This document shows positions 16,376 to 21,725 of a DNA stretch of 21,725 nt, in pieces. The translations under genes and the position numbers were made by a program. A model generated the notes under the pieces. It ran no database searches and was not told where the DNA came from. It was given only the letters and a program-made list of their open reading frames with translations. The stretch's first letter is position 1, and every line of letters starts with the position of its first letter. Origin of the DNA: Cyanobacteria bacterium P01_D01_bin.156 (lineage in GTDB: Bacteria; Cyanobacteriota; Cyanobacteriia; Phormidesmidales; Phormidesmidaceae); assembly GCA_039024555.1 (NCBI GenBank), contig JBCCQQ010000082.1:1-21725 (forward strand), given 5' to 3'.

Positions 16376-17866
16376 ATGTCTCTTCCCTCTGATCTCTCTC
16401 TGCAACCTCCTGCTGCGGATACTCGCCCTGACAAGCTAGAAGAAGCCTGTGGCGTATTTGCTGTCTTTTCACCCACAGATGATGTAGCTACCCTGACCTA
16501 TTTTGGTCTATATGCTTTACAGCATCGTGGCCAAGAATCTGCCGGTATCGCCACATTTGATAATGGCAGCATAAACCTTCACAAGGGTATGGGCCTCGTT
16601 TCCCAAATCTTTGACGAAACTATCCTCCAAGATTTGCCCGGTCAGTGGGCTGTGGGCCATACTCGTTATTCCACAACCGGTTCTAGCCGAGTGGCTAATG
16701 CACAGCCAGCCGTTTTACCCACCCGCCTTGGGGATATGGCCCTAGCCCACAATGGAAATGTGGTAAATGCCGGCGCACTGCGGGAAAAAGTATTAAAGCG
16801 TAACCATACGTTAGTGACAACCACCGATACCGAGCTGATTGCTCTACTGATGGCGGATGCTGTTAACGATGGGAAAGATTGGATTGAAGCCGCCATTGAG
16901 GCTTGCCAACAGTGTAAGGGAGCATTTAGCCTCACCATCGCTACCCCGGAAGGTGTTTTTGCCATTCGTGACCCTAATGGCATTCGCCCTCTAGTTTTAG
17001 GGTATTTTGGCGGGGACAATCCTCAAAATGGCCCCGGTCAGTACGTTGTTGCGTCAGAAACCTGTGGTCTAGATATTGTCAATGCCCATTATTTAAGGGA
17101 TATTCAACCCGGTGAACTCGTTTGGATTAGTGATACCGGCATTAAATCCGTACAGTGGGCTCAGCCAGAACGCCGCCTGTGTATCTTTGAGATGGTTTAC
17201 TTTGCTAGGCCAGACAGTATCTACCACGGGGAGAGTCTGTACAGCTATCGTAAGCGGCTAGGCAATATTCTGGCGCAAGAAGCACCGGCTGATGTGGATT
17301 TGATTATGCCCGTACCCGACTCAGGCATTCCTGCTGCCATTGGCTTTGCAGAAACTTCCGGCATCCCCTACGCCGAGGGACTTATTAAAAACCGCTATGT
17401 GGGGCGCACCTTTATTCAGCCAACTCAAGTGATGCGCGAAGCCGGTATTCGCATCAAGCTCAACCCTCTGCGAGACGTTTTACAAGGCAAGCGTATCCTA
17501 CTGGTGGATGACTCTATCGTCCGTGGTACGACTAGCCGAAAAATTGTTAAGGCTCTAAGAGATGCAGGTGCCACAGAAGTTCATATGAGAATTTCATCGC
17601 CTCCGGTTACCCATCCTTGTTTTTATGGCATTGATACTGACAACCAAGATCAGTTGATTGCCGCAACTAAATCTGTCAAAGAAATTGAAGCAAAAATTGA
17701 AGTGAACTCCCTGGCCTATCTCAGTTGGCAAGGGATGTTGAATGCTACACAGCAGGATACTACAACCTTTTGCTCCGCCTGCTTTACAGGCAATTACCCA
17801 GTAGAAATCCCAGCCATGTTTAAACGATCAAAGCTTATGTTGGAAAAAACACCCGTAGAAGCATAG
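16376..17866 (+). CDS. purF: Amidophosphoribosyltransferase
   Basis: Propeptide then EEACGVF (catalytic Cys), LQHRGQESAG, GHTRYST, VDDSIVRGTT, and Fe-S ligands PCFYGID and FCSACF. Confidence 0.98.
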   Translation: MSLPSDLSLQPPAADTRPDKLEEACGVFAVFSPTDDVATLTYFGLYALQHRGQESAGIATFDNGSINLHKGMGLVSQIFDETILQDLPGQWAVGHTRYSTTGSSRVANAQPAVLPTRLGDMALAHNGNVVNAGALREKVLKRNHTLVTTTDTELIALLMADAVNDGKDWIEAAIEACQQCKGAFSLTIATPEGVFAIRDPNGIRPLVLGYFGGDNPQNGPGQYVVASETCGLDIVNAHYLRDIQPGELVWISDTGIKSVQWAQPERRLCIFEMVYFARPDSIYHGESLYSYRKRLGNILAQEAPADVDLIMPVPDSGIPAAIGFAETSGIPYAEGLIKNRYVGRTFIQPTQVMREAGIRIKLNPLRDVLQGKRILLVDDSIVRGTTSRKIVKALRDAGATEVHMRISSPPVTHPCFYGIDTDNQDQLIAATKSVKEIEAKIEVNSLAYLSWQGMLNATQQDTTTFCSACFTGNYPVEIPAMFKRSKLMLEKTPVEA

Positions 17867-17964
17867 CTAAGTTAACGAAGATTAACCTCTTGCTTGTTTG
17901 GAACAAACTTTCAATACTTTACGTTCCAGCTAGCATATAGAGATGTCTAGACATAGTTGTACGA

Positions 17965-18153
17965 GTGATAAAACCAGGTAACAAGGTACAGATACTATAC
18001 CCAGCCTACGCCGCTGGAAAAATAGGCATGGTTTTAGAGCAGGAAACACTTCAAGATGGCTCTAAAACAGGTTACTGGTTAGTAAAAATTGAAGATGAAG
18101 ACATTATTCTCGCGCTTCTCCCCAAGGAAATACACCTCTTGGACAACTCCTAG
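17965..18153 (+). CDS. Small hypothetical protein, predicted SH3/KOW-like beta-barrel
   Basis: 62-aa ORF filling the spacer; the IKPGNKVQI...GKIGMV...YWLVKI...EIHLL pattern is typical of SH3-like folds; GTG start. Confidence 0.65.
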   Translation: MIKPGNKVQILYPAYAAGKIGMVLEQETLQDGSKTGYWLVKIEDEDIILALLPKEIHLLDNS

Positions 18154-18196
18154 TAAGGTAGCCCGAATTAATTGAACATAGTCCTACTAAACAAGC

Positions 18197-18232
18197 AAAA
18201 AAAGGAAAGGCTCTGAATATTCAGAGCCTTTC
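18197..18232 (-). terminator. Intrinsic terminator of porin 1, probably bidirectional
   Basis: Perfect 28-bp palindrome GAAAGGCTCTGAATATTCAGAGCCTTTC (18205-18232) with A7 at 18197-18203 (T-tail on the minus strand). Confidence 0.88.
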
Positions 18233-18268
18233 TTCTCTTAAGCGACTACTAGACTAAAAAGAATAGTC

Positions 18269-19660
18269 TTAGAAGCTGAAGGTAGAACGGACAGCACCAT
18301 AGAAGCTATCATCACCACCATCGGGCTCACCATAGATCAAAGCAGGAGTCAGAGTCCAATACTTGTTGACCTTCATGGTGTAGTACGCTTCAGCTACATC
18401 AGTATCATCAAAGCTCTGAGTGTAGTAAATACCAGCACCGTTACCAGTACCTAGGAAGTCAGATACTGCAACACCACCCATCCAGCTATCATCACCGTCT
18501 TGGTCAGCGTAGTAACCAGCGATTTCGAAACCGCCAAAGTCTAGACTTAACAGACCAGCGATGATTTCCTCAGCATCGGCACCGCCAACGGCTTCGCCAT
18601 CCATATAAGTAATGGCAGCATCAATGATGCCATCACTCAGGTAGTTTAGCTGAGCAATGTACTCGTAACCATCAAACAGACCAACGTCAGAATCAGATCC
18701 GTTTGCAGAAGCATAGCCTAGGTCCAAAACCAGACTGTCAGTCAGAGCAATGTTCAAGGCAAGACCTGCATCACTTCCACCGATACCAAGGCTATCGTAG
18801 AAGGTAGGACCACCAACATCAGCAACGGAAGGACCATCAAAAGGAACGATGGTGCTAGTTACGAAGTCATCAGCAACCATGCTGTTCCAACCGATAGTTG
18901 CACTAATACGGCTACCGATGGGGAATGCATAGAAAACATCGTCAAATCTGACGTTATCGCTAATGGATGAACCACCATTATTACCACTACCAGCACTTGC
19001 AAGACCACCAATAGAGCTCATAGCGCTGTTAGCATCATCGGAGCCAGCACGGAAGCGAACACGCAAACGGTCTTCACCAGTGAAGCTAGTGTCAAAGTTC
19101 AAGCTAGAGCGATACTCGAACGTAACTTCTTCTTCAGCATCAGGAGCATCGAATGGAACGACAAGGTTGGCGTCCAAAGCACCTTTCAGCTTAGTAGTAG
19201 TAGAGAACTGGTTAGCTTCTAGCTCAGCTACATCGGCTTCTAGAGTATCGATACGGCCACGGATAGTAGCTAGCTCAGCAGCAAACTCTTCCTGTAGACG
19301 CTTGATAGTCTCAAGTTCGCTGCTGCCGTCGGGACCAATCAACTGAACGATTACATCCAAGCAAGCATTTAGACCAGCTGCAAACTCATAACGAGTAAGC
19401 GCACGGTTACCACGGAAGGAACGATCGGGGTAACCCTCAAGGCAACCATACTCCTCTACTAGACGCTGCAGCGCAGTGTAGGCCCAGTCAGAAGGTAGTA
19501 CATCAGAAAGCTCGGAAACGCTAGTAACCTGAGCAAGCTGAATAGATTCAGAATTGCTTAGTGCGTCAACACTTACAGTTTCAGCAGCCGTAGCAGAGCT
19601 GGAAAGAGCAGCACCCAAAACAAAGGGGCTAGCCATTAAGGCTTTCCACAAATTAGCCAT
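18269..19660 (-). CDS. SLH-domain outer-membrane porin (SomA/SomB, 'iron uptake porin'/OprB-like), copy 1, 463 aa
   Basis: Signal peptide, SLH motif QVTSVSELSDVLPSDWAY...GYPDRSFRGNRALTRYEFAAGL, QFSTTTKL and C-terminal Phe. Start 19660 is set by identity with the paralogue and the GAGGA RBS. Confidence 0.95.
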   Translation of the reverse strand: MANLWKALMASPFVLGAALSSSATAAETVSVDALSNSESIQLAQVTSVSELSDVLPSDWAYTALQRLVEEYGCLEGYPDRSFRGNRALTRYEFAAGLNACLDVIVQLIGPDGSSELETIKRLQEEFAAELATIRGRIDTLEADVAELEANQFSTTTKLKGALDANLVVPFDAPDAEEEVTFEYRSSLNFDTSFTGEDRLRVRFRAGSDDANSAMSSIGGLASAGSGNNGGSSISDNVRFDDVFYAFPIGSRISATIGWNSMVADDFVTSTIVPFDGPSVADVGGPTFYDSLGIGGSDAGLALNIALTDSLVLDLGYASANGSDSDVGLFDGYEYIAQLNYLSDGIIDAAITYMDGEAVGGADAEEIIAGLLSLDFGGFEIAGYYADQDGDDSWMGGVAVSDFLGTGNGAGIYYTQSFDDTDVAEAYYTMKVNKYWTLTPALIYGEPDGGDDSFYGAVRSTFSF

Positions 19661-19670
19661 TAGTTTGTTT

Positions 19671-19680
19671 TCCTCACACC
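19671..19680 (-). promoter_or_regulatory. GGUGUGAGGA: RBS overlapping a predicted Yfr1 sRNA target site
   Basis: Complementary to the conserved Yfr1 motif ACUCCUCACAC; 10 nt upstream of the ATG. Confidence 0.7.
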
Positions 19681-20163
19681 TTAGAAACAAAACTGATATC
19701 CAACACAGACGAAGTATCAGTTTCTTAAGCACACAAAAAAGTGAACCTACGTACAAAATTACGTAAATATCACTTCTGGTTAGACATGTTAGCAAATTAG
19801 TCAGTGAAGAACCAGCTAACTTAGCTACCAAAACCCAATATTAGGTATTGGCACAAGCTAAATCAGACACGAGTCAACACAGTGCTAAGCAGTCTGCTAT
19901 TCAGTTTGATAGTTTTAGGCCGTGAAAGCCATGTAGATAATCGCAGCTTTAAGATGTGTGCTCTTACTAAGGGCCAACCTCCTAGAGATTCTAGTTTTGT
20001 AAGGAATTAAACTTTGCATGGGAGATAAAAAATGCCTAGAGGAATTTCAATTCCTATGCAAAGTTGTTATTTTTGTGTGCGTTTCTAAGATGATTGAAAA
20101 TTATTCATGAGCTCCCAGACTGTGTTAGAGAGCCCATAAGGAAAGAGGTTCTAAGACAATTGC

Positions 20164-21552
20164 CTAGAACTTGAAGCGAGAACGGATAACACCGAAGATT
20201 TCCTCTTCAGCAGTATCAGTATCGTTGTAAACAAAAGCAGGAGTCAGAGTCCAGAACTTGTTGATCTTCATGGAGTAGTAGGCTTCAGCAGTCTCCGTCT
20301 CGTCAAAAGCTTGAGTGTAGTAGAGACCAGCAGCGTTACCAGTTCCTAAGAAGTCGGATACTGCAACACCAGCCTGCCAGCTGTCATCACCGTCTTGGTC
20401 AGCGTAGTAACCACCAATTTCAAAGCCACCGAAGTCTAGGTTGATAAGACCTGCAATGATTCCCTCAGCGTCAACTCCAGCAGAAGTCTCACCATCGATG
20501 TAAGTGATTGCAGCATCGATCAAGCCATCGCTTAGGTAGTTAAGCTGAGCGATGTACTCATAACCGTCAAAGACACCGATGGAAGCATCCTGACCACTTT
20601 CACTGGCATAGCCCAAATCAAGAATTAGGTTGTCAGTCAAAGAAATGTTGAAGCCAAGACCGAAGGCATCACCTGCACTCAGACCAGAAGCATCGTAGAA
20701 AGTAGGACCACCAGGATCAGCAGTGGAAGGACCATCGAAAGGAACGATAGTACTAGTTACAAAATCATCGGAGTTGATGCTGTTAGCAGCAACAATTGCG
20801 CTGATACGGCTACCGATAGGGAAACTGTAGTAAACATCATCAAGACCTACGTTATCGTCATCACCCTTGGTGCCATCAGCAGCAAGCTGGCCAGGAACAT
20901 TAGCAAGAGGTCGACCTGCACCACCAGCACGATCACCAGCCTGGAAACGAAGACGTAAACGGTCTTCACCAGTAAAGCTAGTGTCAAAGTTCAAACGAGC
21001 ACGATATTGGAATGTAACTTCCTCTTGAGCATCCTCAGCATCGAAAGGAACCACTAAATGAGCATCAAACTGACCATTCAACTTAGTGGTAGTAGAAAAC
21101 TGGTTAGCTTCCAGCTCAGCTACATCAGCTTCTAGAGTATCGATGCGACCACGAATAGTTGCTAGCTCAGCAGCAAACTCTTCCTGCAGGCGCTTAATGG
21201 TCTCAAACTCGCTGCTGCCATCGGGACCAATCAACTGAACGATCACATCCAAACAAGCATTTAAGCCAGCTGCAAACTCATAGCGGCTCAGAGCGCGGTT
21301 ACCACGGAAAGAACGATCGGGGTAACCCTCAAGGCAACCATACTCTTCTACTAGACGCTGCAGTGCAGTGTAGGCCCAGTCAGAAGGAAGAACATCGGAT
21401 AGCTCAGAAACGCTAGTAACCTGAGCAAGCTGAATGGAATCGGAGTTGCTTAGGGCATCAACACTTACAGTTTCAGCAGCTACAGCAGAGCTAGAAAGAG
21501 CAGCACCCAAAACAAAAGGGCTAGCCATTAAGGCTTTCCACAAATTAGCCAT
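20164..21552 (-). CDS. SLH-domain outer-membrane porin (SomA/SomB type), copy 2, 462 aa
   Basis: Same architecture as copy 1; 154 of the first 158 aa are identical; ends in RSRFKF. Confidence 0.95.
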   Translation of the reverse strand: MANLWKALMASPFVLGAALSSSAVAAETVSVDALSNSDSIQLAQVTSVSELSDVLPSDWAYTALQRLVEEYGCLEGYPDRSFRGNRALSRYEFAAGLNACLDVIVQLIGPDGSSEFETIKRLQEEFAAELATIRGRIDTLEADVAELEANQFSTTTKLNGQFDAHLVVPFDAEDAQEEVTFQYRARLNFDTSFTGEDRLRLRFQAGDRAGGAGRPLANVPGQLAADGTKGDDDNVGLDDVYYSFPIGSRISAIVAANSINSDDFVTSTIVPFDGPSTADPGGPTFYDASGLSAGDAFGLGFNISLTDNLILDLGYASESGQDASIGVFDGYEYIAQLNYLSDGLIDAAITYIDGETSAGVDAEGIIAGLINLDFGGFEIGGYYADQDGDDSWQAGVAVSDFLGTGNAAGLYYTQAFDETETAEAYYSMKINKFWTLTPAFVYNDTDTAEEEIFGVIRSRFKF

Positions 21553-21563
21553 TATTTACTACT

Positions 21564-21573
21564 TCCTCACACC
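21564..21573 (-). promoter_or_regulatory. GGUGUGAGGA: RBS overlapping a predicted Yfr1 sRNA target site
   Basis: Same 10-mer as in the porin 1 UTR, 11 nt upstream of the ATG, although the flanking UTR has diverged. Confidence 0.7.
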
Positions 21574-21725
21574 TAATAAATGGATTTCAAAAGCACTTTC
21601 CACACCAGGATTAACTACTAATTGAAATCCTTATTGAGCATGCTATCAAAACATCCAAATCAAATCTAGTAACCCAAAATACAAATCCTGAAAGCCTTAC
21701 GAATCAAAGAATAAATGACTAATTC

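Noticed and set aside
13839..17019. Minus-strand ORFs inside purL and purF
   Set aside because: Antisense shadows of conserved enzymes
19661..19831. 57-aa N-terminal extension of porin 1 in the ORF track
   Set aside because: The paralogue starts at MANLWK, and the RBS and signal peptide fit ATG 19660
19999..20012. NtcA-like GTA-N8-AAC
   Set aside because: Non-canonical half-site; such matches are expected by chance
20090..20110. Fur/Zur-like box ATGATTGAAAATTATTCATGA upstream of porin 1
   Set aside because: Several mismatches to TGATAATnATTATCA, AT-rich context, about 430 bp from the start, and it overlaps the porin 2 3' hairpin
18963..21625. Plus-strand ORFs antisense to the porins, two of them mutually similar
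   Set aside because: Their similarity simply mirrors the porin duplication, and codon bias explains the open antisense frames

Overview
This is cyanobacterial chromosomal DNA, shown by apcD, a cyanobacterial-type hfq next to dapF, SLH-domain porins and at least 7 HIP1 GCGATCGC octamers. Most of it is core housekeeping. In order it carries an XRE-HTH regulator; a minus-strand run of dapF, surE, a DUF318 permease, a TIGR03943 protein and an Ig-like/beta-propeller protein; hfq; a ComFB-family protein; a GH57 branching-enzyme-like protein; lpxD; rlmD; apcD; a HAS-barrel-like protein; purL; purF; a small SH3-like ORF; and two tandem SomA/B-type porin paralogues. I found no tRNA, rRNA, CRISPR array or intact transposase. 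The most interesting signals are non-coding. (1) A near-consensus CRP box precedes an unannotated ~80-nt stem-loop/linker/terminator RNA just upstream of purL. (2) Both porin 5' UTRs carry a GGUGUGAGGA site complementary to the Yfr1 sRNA seed. (3) The 684-bp hfq-comFB spacer is heavily structured. (4) A 42-aa, 7-Cys ORF below the ORF-track cutoff runs divergently from the XRE gene.
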